A DNA stretch of 64,000 nt. Origin: an uncultured Pseudomonadota bacterium. Its GTDB lineage: Bacteria; Oederibacteriota; Muellerivitia; Muellerivitales; Muellerivitaceae. How positions within the stretch are numbered: position 1 is the first letter of the stretch; each line of letters opens with the position of its first letter. A program made the translations under genes and the position numbers. This document shows, piece after piece, positions 21,013 to 30,371 of this stretch. Below the pieces are notes generated by a model. That model saw nothing but the letters and a program-made list of their open reading frames with translations. It had not been told where the DNA came from and searched no databases. Where the stretch lies: the NCBI GenBank assembly GCA_963770835.1, contig CAVYRH010000004.1:352001-416000 (forward strand), read 5' to 3'.

Positions 21013-22230
21013 ATGAAAAAAAATCACTTGCGCCTGGTCTTCCTGCTCTCCGCCCTGGCGGCAGTCCTCGACGGCTGTCCCGGCAAGAACAGCCCGGCCT
21101 CCCCTGGAAACGCGAATTTTTCGGCTCCCCCGCCAACGGCAAGCCCAAGCCCCACTCCCACGGCCTGCCTTTCCTGCAGTCCAACTTCCACCGCGACCTC
21201 CACGGCCACCTTCAGCCCCATCCGGACCGGCACCGCCTCCCCAACGGCCACGACCACGCCCACCGCCACCGGCACTTTAAATATCACCTCGACACCCACG
21301 CCGACGTTTACGCAGACAAGCACGACCACCTCGTCGGCTACGTCGACGGCCACTGCGACTTCAACCGCCACCGGCACGGCCACCTCCACCTTCCCACCGA
21401 CCGCCACCGGCACCCCGCCCCTGGCCTACCAGGGCCCCATCACCCTCATCATTGGACCCGCCGGGGTGGCGGTGGACGACGCGGGATACGTGTACGTGGT
21501 CGACAACGTGGAAAACCGCATCGACAAGTTCACCTCCTCCGGCGCCCCGGTCACCCAGTGGGGGCCGCCCGCCGTCGTTATCGCGGGTGCCGACGGCATC
21601 GCGGTGGACAACCAGGGCTATTTTTACGTGGCGGATACGGGCGACAACCGGGTGCAAAAATTCACCACCATCGGGGGCGCGGTGACCCAGTGGAGCGGGC
21701 CGGCCACGGCCGCCCTCTCGGGCCCCGAAGGCATCGCCGTGGACAGCCTGGGCTTCGTCTATGTGTCGGACACGGGCAACAACCGCGTCGAGGTCTTTAA
21801 TTCCTCCGGGGGCTACGAGAACCAATGGGGCGGTTTGGGGACGGGAAGCGGGACGTTCCATTTCCCCTCCGGCCTGGTGGCGGACGGCTCCAACCATATC
21901 TACGTGGCGGATCAGGGCAACAACCTGGTGCAAAAGCTCACCTCCACCGGCGGGTTCTTAAGCCAGTTGGGGGCGGGCGCCAGCGGCGTGTCCTTTTCCC
22001 AGCCCTGGGGTGTGGCGCTGGACGCCTCCGGAAACCTTTACGTCTCGGACAGCGGCAACAACCGGTGCCTGAAGTTTAATTCGGGGGGGAACCTGCTGGG
22101 CCAATGGGGAAGCTCCGGCACCGGGCCAGGCCAGTTTGAGAGCCCCCTAGGGATCGCGCTCAACAGCACGGGCTATGCCTATGTGGCCGACTACAGCAAT
22201 GAACGGGTTGAGATATTCGCGCCGCAATAA
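21013..22230 (+). CDS. NHL-repeat lipoprotein with Thr-rich linker
   Basis: Lipobox LDGC; TAT/TPT linker; six NHL repeats. Confidence 0.88.
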   Translation: MKKNHLRLVFLLSALAAVLDGCPGKNSPASPGNANFSAPPPTASPSPTPTACLSCSPTSTATSTATFSPIRTGTASPTATTTPTATGTLNITSTPTPTFTQTSTTTSSATSTATATSTATGTATSTFPPTATGTPPLAYQGPITLIIGPAGVAVDDAGYVYVVDNVENRIDKFTSSGAPVTQWGPPAVVIAGADGIAVDNQGYFYVADTGDNRVQKFTTIGGAVTQWSGPATAALSGPEGIAVDSLGFVYVSDTGNNRVEVFNSSGGYENQWGGLGTGSGTFHFPSGLVADGSNHIYVADQGNNLVQKLTSTGGFLSQLGAGASGVSFSQPWGVALDASGNLYVSDSGNNRCLKFNSGGNLLGQWGSSGTGPGQFESPLGIALNSTGYAYVADYSNERVEIFAPQ

Positions 22231-22268
22231 AGCCGAGAGGCCCTAATTAGTTCAAGAGGAGAGACGAC

Positions 22269-23330
22269 ATGAAAAAGAAAATCCCGGGGCTGCTATTAAT
22301 CCTTTGCGCCTGCTGGCCCCTGGCCTGCGGGAAGAACCTCGCCCCGCCGGCCACCCCGGCCTCCCCCTCTTCCCCCGCCGCGGGAACCCCGACCCCCACC
22401 GCCACCCTGCCAGCCGTTGTCGGCGCCGGCTGGTTCAAGGTCACCGGGTCGGCGGCCTTCCCGGCGCGCGGAGGCCAGACCGCCTGCGCCTTCAACAACC
22501 GCATGTGGGTCATCGGCGGGGGTTCCAACGTCACCTCGGGCCTGCTGAACGACAGCTGGTCCTCGCTGGACGGGGTGGATTGGAGCTCGGCCACCACCAA
22601 CGCGGCCTTCAGCCCCCGGATCTTCCACGCCTCGGCGGTCTTCGACACCCGGCTCTGGGTCAGCGGGGGATCGACCGCCGGACTCAACGACCCCGGGGTC
22701 GACCCACCCCTGGCGGACCTCTGGTATTCCTATGACGGCGCCGCCTGGATCCAGGCCGCGGTGACCGCCGCTTTCGGCGCCCGGGAAGGGCACAGCCTGG
22801 TGGCCTTCAACAACCTGCTTTGGATGATCGCGGGGAGCGCGGACGACTTGTCAGGCGACAGCGACGTCTGGTCCTCCCCCGACGGGGTCACCTGGACCCG
22901 GGTGACCGCGGCCGCGCCCTTTCTCGGAAGGACGGCCCAAACCGCTTTCGTTTACAACGGCAAGATATGGGTGATCGGCGGGAACGACACCCGGCCCCGG
23001 GACGGCGGCGGGCTGAACGACGTCTGGTATTCCTCCGACGGGGCCAATTGGACCGAGGCCACGGCCCACGCGGCCTTCAGCGCCCGGGCGGGCCAGGCCT
23101 CCCCCGTTTACGACGGCCAGATGTGGGTCATCGGCGGGGTCAACCTATCCGGAAACTCCTTAAGCGACGCCTGGTATTCCTCCGACGGGGTCACCTGGAC
23201 CCAAGCCACCCCTTCGGCGGGCTTCGGCACCAGGGGATTTCTTTCTTCCTTGGTTTTCAACGGAGAAATGTGGGTCTTGTGCGGGAAGAGCGGAAGTTCG
23301 GTCCTGAACGATCTCTGGCAATCGCCGTGA
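22269..23330 (+). CDS. Kelch-like repeat lipoprotein
   Basis: Lipobox PLAC; F..R.GQ...F...MWVIGG...NDVW.S.DG..W repeats. Confidence 0.88.
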   Translation: MKKKIPGLLLILCACWPLACGKNLAPPATPASPSSPAAGTPTPTATLPAVVGAGWFKVTGSAAFPARGGQTACAFNNRMWVIGGGSNVTSGLLNDSWSSLDGVDWSSATTNAAFSPRIFHASAVFDTRLWVSGGSTAGLNDPGVDPPLADLWYSYDGAAWIQAAVTAAFGAREGHSLVAFNNLLWMIAGSADDLSGDSDVWSSPDGVTWTRVTAAAPFLGRTAQTAFVYNGKIWVIGGNDTRPRDGGGLNDVWYSSDGANWTEATAHAAFSARAGQASPVYDGQMWVIGGVNLSGNSLSDAWYSSDGVTWTQATPSAGFGTRGFLSSLVFNGEMWVLCGKSGSSVLNDLWQSP

Positions 23331-23399
23331 ATCCGCCGAATCCCGGGCGGAGAGCGGTGAACAAAAAAGGCTTTCCCGCACCGGGCAGGCGGGGCTCCG

Positions 23400-23837
23400 T
23401 CAGGCGCGTTTTTTGGAAATTTTCGTGGGCTTCTTTTTGGCGGACTTTGTAACCTTGATTTTGGTTCCCTTCGGGGCTTTGGCCATGTTGAGCAGCACCG
23501 CGGCCTGGACCAGGGCCTTTATGGCGGGCCCATCCACCTTGTCGCCCTCCACAAACTTGACCGCGCGCCAAACCTTGCCGTCGAGGAACGAGTTGAAAAG
23601 TTTTTTGGGGTCCGGAAGGCTCGCTCCCTTGGAGAAAACCAAATTGACCCACTGCTTGTGGGCATTCGCCAAACAGAGGTTGCCATTGCGGCACCAAACC
23701 GGAGTCCCCATCCATTTCCATTCCTCCACCACCCCGGGGTCGGCCTCGTGGATGGTTTTCCGGATGTCGGCCATAATCCGGCCGCGCCAATCCGGGAGGC
23801 TCGCGATCAGTTCATCGATTTGTTTTGAAGGATTCAT
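23400..23837 (-). CDS. DUF1801 (YdhG-like) domain protein
   Basis: DWRG...IR..I..ADP.V.EEWKWMGTPVW, F.KGA.L.DP..LFN. Confidence 0.88.
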   Translation of the reverse strand: MNPSKQIDELIASLPDWRGRIMADIRKTIHEADPGVVEEWKWMGTPVWCRNGNLCLANAHKQWVNLVFSKGASLPDPKKLFNSFLDGKVWRAVKFVEGDKVDGPAIKALVQAAVLLNMAKAPKGTKIKVTKSAKKKPTKISKKRA

Positions 23838-23867
23838 TTTCAGCTCCTTAATAAAGTTGGGGTGAGG

Positions 23868-24227
23868 TCAGAACGGGTGCAGTACAAACCGCCCATAGGC
23901 CACGAAGAGGGACAAGAGGGCGGGCGCCAAAACCCAGATGAAGGTTTTAAATTTGATGCCCTTGAAGGTCAGCGCATGGATCAACAGCGTTAATACGGGA
24001 AGGCCGACCGCCGAGATGGGGGTGAGTTGGGTCATTACCCCTATCGCGCCGGGCAGGACCAAACCCAAGGCCAACAGGACCTGGAGCGCGCCGATGGCGA
24101 TCCAGGCGGGCTTGGGGAAAATTTTCAACCAGGCCGGGGGGAGTTTTCCGACATTAAGCTGGTAGAGCCCGCCCATCGCATAGTACAAAGCCAACAGGAT
24201 TTGAAGAAACCACAAGAGAATGTTCAT
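23868..24227 (-). CDS. DoxX-family membrane protein
   Basis: MNILLWFLQILLA, LGLVLPG, LTP..A.GL, FVAYGR. Confidence 0.82.
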   Translation of the reverse strand: MNILLWFLQILLALYYAMGGLYQLNVGKLPPAWLKIFPKPAWIAIGALQVLLALGLVLPGAIGVMTQLTPISAVGLPVLTLLIHALTFKGIKFKTFIWVLAPALLSLFVAYGRFVLHPF

Positions 24228-24252
24228 TTGCTTCCTCCTAAAGTTTAATAGT

Positions 24253-24660
24253 TTAATGAGCCGGCGCGGCCTGCAGGCGGCGCCAGAAGAAATACGAGAA
24301 GCCCCAGAGCACAGCGGTGCCCGCGGCCCAGCCCCAACTTTGCGGGCCGTCGCCTACCGACAGGTGGGCGAGGACCGCCGAGCCGAGGGTGATGGCGAAG
24401 CCGGCGTAAGCCCACTCCTTGAGCCGCGCCCCCACCGGCGCCAGCAGCAGCACTATGCCGAAGAACTTGGCCCAGGAGAGCTCCACCCGGAAGTAGCTTG
24501 GAAAGCCCAGGTGGGTGAAAGCCGCGGCCACCTGCGGCAGCTGCAGCTGCGCGTAGGCGGTGAAGCCTATCTGCAGGCAGAAAAGCGCGGTGGCGATCCA
24601 AAAGCCCCAGCGAGCCAAATTCGAGCCCTTTGAACCACCCTTCGACCTTGAATCATCCAT
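24253..24660 (-). CDS. DoxX-like family membrane protein
   Basis: HLGFPSYF, RLKEWAYAGF, AHLSVGD motifs. Confidence 0.87.
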   Translation of the reverse strand: MDDSRSKGGSKGSNLARWGFWIATALFCLQIGFTAYAQLQLPQVAAAFTHLGFPSYFRVELSWAKFFGIVLLLAPVGARLKEWAYAGFAITLGSAVLAHLSVGDGPQSWGWAAGTAVLWGFSYFFWRRLQAAPAH

Positions 24661-24794
24661 TTTCTTCGCCCCCTTAATTTGACTGCATTATTCCTGGTTT
24701 TTGACGGGAATCAACCAGGACTTAAACCCTAAAAAACCCGTGGAACAGCGCTAAAAGCTGGTGAAATACACCTTAAATCCCTTGGTTTCATTCC

Positions 24795-24821
24795 TGTCAC
24801 AATCCCCGGCTTTTATCCGTC
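24795..24821 (+). promoter_or_regulatory. ECF41-type promoter facing the sigma-factor gene
   Basis: TGTCACA-N16-CGTC, exact match to the known ECF41 promoter consensus. Confidence 0.75.
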
Positions 24822-24829
24822 ATTACAGT

Positions 24830-24856
24830 GACGGATGAAACTCAATAAATGTGACG
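24830..24856 (-). promoter_or_regulatory. ECF41-type promoter facing the DoxX/DUF1801 operon
   Basis: Minus-strand CGTCACA-N16-CGTC. Confidence 0.7.
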
Positions 24857-24880
24857 GCCTGAAAAAACAAAGGTAATTTG

Positions 24881-25016
24881 AACCACCAAGGTCACCAAGA
24901 ACGACGGAAGACAATCATTCTTAAAATGTCTTAAATCTAATCTTTGTTTAAGCCTTTCTTGGCGCCCTTCGTGCTTCGAAGCTGGTTTGTAGCTTCAGGG
25001 CGCGTGCCTTGGTGGT
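24881..25016. repeat. Palindromic 9-nt-period repeat element (accaccaag family)
   Basis: aaccaccaaggtcaccaag left arm; right arm 24954-25016 is the reverse complement of 53051-53113 (62/63 identical). Confidence 0.82.
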
Positions 25017-25062
25017 GAAAACGGTTTTTGTTCCAAGTAAAATCAGGCCAAAGGACAGGGAA

Positions 25063-25956
25063 ATGACGGAAGAAAATTGGCTGGTCCAGAAATTCCAAGA
25101 CAACCGCGCCCGTTTAAAAGGGGTGGCGGGCCGCATCCTCGGCTCAAACGCGGAGGCGGAGGACGCGGTCCAGGAAGCCTGGCTGCGCCTCAGCCGGTCG
25201 GACGCGGACCGCATTGAGAACCTCGGGGGCTGGCTCACCACCGTAGTGGCCCATGTCTGCCTCGACATGCTCCGCTCCCGCAAGACGAGAAAAGAAGAAC
25301 CTTTCGAGGAACGGCTGGAACAGGTTTCCCCCGTCGCCGACAAAAGGGACCCGGAAAGCGAGCTTTTGTTCGCGGACTCCCTCGGTTCCGCACTGACGAT
25401 CCTGCTTAATCAATTAGCCCCGGCCGAACGGGTGGCCTTCGTGCTGCACGACTTGTTCGATTTGCCTTTCGAGGAAATCGCGCCGATCGTGGGCCGGTCC
25501 GAGGCCGCAGCCAGGCAGCTCGCCAGCCGCGCCCGCCGCCGGGTCCGCGGGGGCCAGGAAAACCGGGAGGACGAAGGAAAGAAACGGGAGATCGTCTCGG
25601 CCTTCCTGGCCGCCTCCCGCGAGGGCAATTTCGACGCCCTGCTTCAATTGCTCGATCCCGAGGTCCTGCTTTGCGCGGATGACGCCGCCGTCAAAATCAC
25701 CGCGGCCAACCAAGGCAAGGGCGCGCCGCCTTTCCAAAGCCGGATGCGGGGCGCTGGAGCAATCGCCGAAGCCTTCAAAGGCCGGGCCGTGGGCGCCCAA
25801 CTGGCCCTCATCAACGGCTCGGTGGGAACCACCTGGATTGGCGGTGGAAAACCCAGGCTGGCTTTCTTGTTCTCGATCGAAAACGGGAAGATCCAGGAGA
25901 TCGACGTCGTCATGGACCCCGAGGATCTTAAGGCATTCTCCGTTGAACTGATTTAG
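25063..25956 (+). CDS. ECF sigma-70 factor, ECF41/SigJ-like, with C-terminal SnoaL-like extension
   Basis: AEDAVQEAWLR, WLTTVV..CLD.LR, ERVAFVLHDLF...RQLASRARRRV; AFLAA..GNF..L..LLDP.V extension. Confidence 0.92.
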   Translation: MTEENWLVQKFQDNRARLKGVAGRILGSNAEAEDAVQEAWLRLSRSDADRIENLGGWLTTVVAHVCLDMLRSRKTRKEEPFEERLEQVSPVADKRDPESELLFADSLGSALTILLNQLAPAERVAFVLHDLFDLPFEEIAPIVGRSEAAARQLASRARRRVRGGQENREDEGKKREIVSAFLAASREGNFDALLQLLDPEVLLCADDAAVKITAANQGKGAPPFQSRMRGAGAIAEAFKGRAVGAQLALINGSVGTTWIGGGKPRLAFLFSIENGKIQEIDVVMDPEDLKAFSVELI

Positions 25957-26037
25957 CGGCGTTTAAGGGAAATGGGGTTTTGTCCCCCCCCCCATTTGGG
26001 TTTCCGAAATTCAGGTCATTCCCCGAAATCAGGCGGT

Positions 26038-26071
26038 GATCACAATGATATGATTTTTAATCATTGTGATC
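26038..26071. promoter_or_regulatory. Perfect 12-bp inverted repeat, candidate operator
   Basis: GATCACAATGAT-N10-ATCATTGTGATC. Confidence 0.4.
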
Positions 26072-26235
26072 GGAGTCCGCGGCTTATAAAAACGGTTGGA
26101 TTTTAAAATCCCCGAAACGGCCCTTTTCGCCCGGGAAAACATGTTTTGGTTCCCCGCCGGCCTTCTTTCCCAAGGCACAATCCTTGCTTTACACCTCATT
26201 AGCTTTTAACGCGCAAGATCCTCAAGGAGGCGGTT

Positions 26236-26295
26236 ATGTATATCGGTATGGGGTTTCTCGTAGTATTTGTAATTGTTATTTTGATCCTTCGTTGA
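26236..26295 (+). CDS. 19-aa hydrophobic small protein MYIGMGFLVVFVIVILILR
   Basis: AAGGAGG (26224-26230) 5 nt before ATG; single TM-length hydrophobic stretch. Confidence 0.6.
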   Translation: MYIGMGFLVVFVIVILILR

Positions 26296-26356
26296 ACGGG
26301 AAGATTCCCTTTCCCTCAAGGTTCCACTTTGGCAAATTCTTGGACGTTCAGTTTTT

Positions 26357-26500
26357 CCCCCTCTGAAAGAGGGGGACCAAGGGGGAGTTAGTTTTTGTCC
26401 AAACTTTAGCAACGGCTAATACCCCCTCCCCAAAGGCTTTCACAGGGAAAAACCCCTGTGTACCCTCAAAACCGAGAGGCCCCTTTTTCAAAGGGGGAAT
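26357..26500. repeat. REP-like CCCCCTyT..AAAGGGGG palindromes
   Basis: ccccctctgaaagagggggaccaaggggg and cccctttttcaaaggggg in an intergenic region. Confidence 0.6.
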
Positions 26501-26560
26501 TCAAACTGAGTCACTACTCGCGGTTTACCGATGCTGCGCCTTTTCCTTCCATTTTCTTCC

Positions 26561-27019
26561 TCAGACCTGCACCTTTTCGACCTTGTTGGGCAGCCCTTTC
26601 CCGGTGGTGATCAAGTTTTTCAAGCTGCCCTTGATATAGGAGCCCCACGCGTCGTTACAGGCATTGAAGCACTCTACCTTGGAGCTTAAACCTTGGTGGG
26701 TAAAGCGGACTTCGGTCTTGCCGTTTTTTCGAGCGATCTCAAAAATCACCTTGGTGCCGTTCCACTCGGTTTTGTCCTCGATAAAGGAAAGGTAGCTGTC
26801 CAAAACCGTCCAAACGACCTTTTTTCCCGGTATGAATTGGGTGATCTTTTGCTTCGAATAATGCATGTCCTTGTAGCGGTAGGTGAACACGCCGCCGCTC
26901 TTATCGGTGACGCCTTCCAGGTTTCCCGACCACCAGCCCCGGACGTTGTTGATGGCGTCGAAGACTTCCTTCGGGGTTTTGTTCACCGTAAAGCTGTGGT
27001 TTAAATCTTGGTTTTTCAT
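26561..27019 (-). CDS. SRPBCC/AHSA1-like domain protein
   Basis: VFDAINNVRGWWS, KKVVW.V, EW.GT.V.F.I, FTH.GL, C...W..Y. Confidence 0.88.
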   Translation of the reverse strand: MKNQDLNHSFTVNKTPKEVFDAINNVRGWWSGNLEGVTDKSGGVFTYRYKDMHYSKQKITQFIPGKKVVWTVLDSYLSFIEDKTEWNGTKVIFEIARKNGKTEVRFTHQGLSSKVECFNACNDAWGSYIKGSLKNLITTGKGLPNKVEKVQV

Positions 27020-27181
27020 GACGATCTCCTTTTTCTTTTTTAAGGTGTATCCATGGGCTGAGTTCACGGAGTTTGTTTTTACGGGAGCGTGGTTAAGGGG
27101 CAACACCGGCGTGAGTGGTTCCTCCACGCTCCCGCCGCCGTCAGCGCGGCGATCCGATGTTGTGCCCGCTTCCTCCTTGGC

Positions 27182-27904
27182 TTATGCCTTGACGGGCTGC
27201 GCCACGAAGCCGGCGAACTGGCGTTCCATGGCCTTGACCGCGCCCAAGCGCCAGGCCTCGGCGATGGACTGGGAGACCGGGTCGGGGAAGATGTCCTCCT
27301 CGCCGTTTTCCAGCCCGTCGAAGATGCCCTGGGCGGCGGCCTGGGTCGTGGCCTTGGGGATATCAAAGCCCCGGTTCATGTCGGTATCGACGGGGCCCAA
27401 GAAGACGCCGTGGACCGTCACCCCCTGTGGGGCCAGGATGGCCCTCATGGACTGGGTCATGTTGGCCAGGGCCGCCTTGGAGACCGAGTAGGAGGGGACA
27501 ACCGGGAGGGCGGCAAGCGCCACGATGGACAGGTTGTTCACCACGGCTCCCCGGGAAATCTTGAGGAGCGGCAGGAAAGCCTGGATCATACGCTGCGGCC
27601 CGAAGACATTGACGGCGAAGTGCTTCTCAAGGACTTGGGGGTCGCCCAGGTCGTCGTAGAGGGCGATGCCGGCGTTGTTGATGAGAAGATCGAGGGATTC
27701 GACTTTCTCCACAGCCGCCTGAACCTGAGCTTCCTGGGTCACGTCCAGGACCAGCGGCGTGACGCGCTTATCGGCGCCCTGCAAAGGGCCCCGGGCGGCC
27801 GCGTAAACCTTCTTCGCGCCCCGGCGGAGCGCCTCCTCGACGAGCGCCTTTCCGATTCCCCGGTTGGCGCCTGTGATTAAGACCGACTTGTTCTCGATAT
27901 TCAT
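27182..27904 (-). CDS. Short-chain dehydrogenase/reductase
   Basis: TGANRGIG, NNAG, YSVSK. Confidence 0.93.
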   Translation of the reverse strand: MNIENKSVLITGANRGIGKALVEEALRRGAKKVYAAARGPLQGADKRVTPLVLDVTQEAQVQAAVEKVESLDLLINNAGIALYDDLGDPQVLEKHFAVNVFGPQRMIQAFLPLLKISRGAVVNNLSIVALAALPVVPSYSVSKAALANMTQSMRAILAPQGVTVHGVFLGPVDTDMNRGFDIPKATTQAAAQGIFDGLENGEEDIFPDPVSQSIAEAWRLGAVKAMERQFAGFVAQPVKA

Positions 27905-28026
27905 GGCTTTTCTCCTTTTTTAGCCGCCGTTCGTATTTTCCCCCCGGCAGCGTTTTTGTTTCAACTTGTGGTAATAATAATCATCGATTGACGAAGGCCG
28001 GGAGTTACAAGTATGGCGGGATTCCG

Positions 28027-29250
28027 ATGGATCCAATCCTAACCACAGCGGCGCGCGCCCTCGCCGCGGGGGACAGCTTTAGCGCGCTCAACCGGGTCGC
28101 CTTAAGGAACGACGCTCCCGCGCTGGCGCTCCGGGGCATCGCCATGGCCCAGCTGGGCGACCTTGCCAAGGCGAAGGCCCTCCTGAAAAAGGCGGCGTCG
28201 GCTTTCGGCCCCCAAGAAGGCGTGGAGCGCGCCCGCTGCGTGGTGGCCGAGGCCGAGATCGCGCTGGCCTCGCGGGACCTGGGCTGGAGCGCCATGGCCC
28301 TCCATTCGGCGAAGATAACGCTCGAAAGGCGGGGGGACCGCGTGAACGCCGCCCAGGCGCGGTACATCGAAATAAGGAAGCTCCTGCTCATCGGGCGCCT
28401 CGGGGACGCCGAAAAAAAGCTGAACGGGCTCGACCCCGAAAACCTCCCGCCCGCCTTGAGGGCGGCCCATTACCTGGTGGCGGCGGGGATCGCGATGCGC
28501 CGCCTGAAGACAAAAGAAGCGCGTTCCGCGCTGGCCCTGGCCGGGAAAGCCGCGCGGGATTCCGGGATTTCCGCGCTGGTTACGGAGGTTGAAAAAGCGG
28601 CACTCCTCCTGGAAACCCCCGCGGGCCGGCTTCTCTCACGGGGCAAGGAAAAGCTCCTGAGGCTCGGCGAGGTCGAGGAACTGCTCCAGTCGGGAAAGCT
28701 TGTCGTGGACGCCTGCCGCTACGCTGTGCGCGGCCCCCAAAAAACCGTCCCGCTCGCGGGGCGCCCGACCCTCTTCGCCATCGCGCGCGCTCTTGCGGAA
28801 GCCTGGCCCGGGGATGTTCCCCGGGATGCCCTGATGGAGAAGGCCTTTGGTGCAAAACTTTCCGACGAGTCGTTCCGCCTGCGGCTGCGGGTCGAGGTGG
28901 TGCGGCTTCGCGGGAAACTGCGGGGCCTGGCGGAAGTGAAAGCCACGAAGCAGGGTTTCGTCATGGCGCCTTTGGGCGCGCGGGAAATCGCCGTGCTGGC
29001 CCGGCCCGTCGAGGAACCCCAGGGGGCGGTGCTCGCTTTTTTGGAAGACGGCGAGCTTTGGTCCAGCTCCGCCTTGGCGCTGGCCCTCGGGTCCAGCCAG
29101 CGCACCGTCCAGAGGTCGCTCGATTCGCTGGAGGAAGCGGGCAAGGCGCAGTCCTATGGTAAAGGGCGGGCGAAACGTTGGGTGACGCCGCCCCTGCCGG
29201 GCATCACGTCGATTTTGCTGTTACCCAACCAACTACCGGTGGAAGGATAG
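28027..29250 (+). CDS. Putative transcriptional regulator with C-terminal HTH
   Basis: AARALAAGD..ALNRVALR N-terminus; WSSSALALALG.SQRTVQR.L HTH; divergent from the SDR. Confidence 0.8.
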   Translation: MDPILTTAARALAAGDSFSALNRVALRNDAPALALRGIAMAQLGDLAKAKALLKKAASAFGPQEGVERARCVVAEAEIALASRDLGWSAMALHSAKITLERRGDRVNAAQARYIEIRKLLLIGRLGDAEKKLNGLDPENLPPALRAAHYLVAAGIAMRRLKTKEARSALALAGKAARDSGISALVTEVEKAALLLETPAGRLLSRGKEKLLRLGEVEELLQSGKLVVDACRYAVRGPQKTVPLAGRPTLFAIARALAEAWPGDVPRDALMEKAFGAKLSDESFRLRLRVEVVRLRGKLRGLAEVKATKQGFVMAPLGAREIAVLARPVEEPQGAVLAFLEDGELWSSSALALALGSSQRTVQRSLDSLEEAGKAQSYGKGRAKRWVTPPLPGITSILLLPNQLPVEG

Positions 29251-29254
29251 AAAC

Positions 29255-29926
29255 ATGAAACAATCCAAAGCGGAAATTCTCCAGGAGTTCGGCCCCTTCC
29301 CGGGCATCGAAAGGGTAACGGGGGTCACGTATGACGGGGAACAAGTATGGTTCGGCTCGGGGAAAAAAATGAACGCCTTGGACCCCGCCGCCGGTAAGGT
29401 CACGCGCTCCTTGGACGTGCCCGCCTACGCGGGGGCGGCCTTCGACGGAAAGCACCTGTACCAAATGTCCGACGGCACCATCCGGAAGATCGACCCCAAA
29501 ACCGGCGAAGTGGTCGGCACCCTCCCGGCCCCCGGCAAGGGGGACGACTCGGGGCTCGCCTGGGCCGAGGGGGCCCTTTGGGTGGGGCAGTATGAGGCCC
29601 GGAAGATCTACCAAATCGATCCCCAAACCGGAGCGGTTCTCCGCACCCTCGAGTCCAACCGTTTCGTCACCGGGGTCAGCTGGGTGGACGGCGAGCTCTG
29701 GCACGGCAACCTGGAAGGGGGCGAAAGCGAATTGCGGCGGGTGGACCCCCAAACGGGGGAGGTTCTGGAAAGCCTGGAGATGCCCCAGGGGGTCTTGGTA
29801 TCCGGGCTGGAATCCGACGGCGGGGACAGGTTCTTCTGCGGGGGAGATAGAACGGGAAAGATCAGGGCCGTCCGGCGGCCCAAGCGAAACCCCGCGAAGG
29901 GCGGGGGCTCCAAAGTCCCCGCTTAA
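29255..29926 (+). CDS. Glutamine cyclotransferase-like / YncE-like beta-propeller protein
   Basis: GVTYDG..VWF, AG.AFDG..LYQ, SGLAWAEG.LWVGQY, IDP.TG repeats. Confidence 0.8.
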   Translation: MKQSKAEILQEFGPFPGIERVTGVTYDGEQVWFGSGKKMNALDPAAGKVTRSLDVPAYAGAAFDGKHLYQMSDGTIRKIDPKTGEVVGTLPAPGKGDDSGLAWAEGALWVGQYEARKIYQIDPQTGAVLRTLESNRFVTGVSWVDGELWHGNLEGGESELRRVDPQTGEVLESLEMPQGVLVSGLESDGGDRFFCGGDRTGKIRAVRRPKRNPAKGGGSKVPA

Positions 29927-30371
29927 TGAGTAACCCGTAAACAAAAGAGGTCAGGCCAAAAGTCGCCCGTGACCCCGCGGGTCCGCAAAGGTGAGAAATA
30001 GCGGATGAGTTTGTTTACGGAGAATCGAACATTCAATGAAACAATTATTTTGTGGGCGACAGGGACGGGAATTTTAAAACGAAGCTATTGGGTTTAACGT
30101 GAGAGCTTTTAGATTTAACGGGTATTGACGAACCCTTTATTTAGGCCCTATTGCTTTGCCAAGGGTAAAAAGTGGTATATTCATTAAAACGATTTAGTGC
30201 CTTTGAAAAGCGGTTTCATGAGAAGCGATGAAACATTTCGAGTTTTGTTGCCAATTGTTCCGCAACCTTTAACCAGTGTATTCGGGTGACACTTTGAACA
30301 GGTCTCCACAAAACTTATTTTTCAAAACGAAAACGTTCTTTGGTTCCCGGCTTAAAACGTCCCGGGGCGAA

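Noticed and set aside
29930..30120. Possible riboswitch or sRNA upstream of GH5
   Set aside because: No recognisable aptamer consensus by eye; would need an Rfam scan
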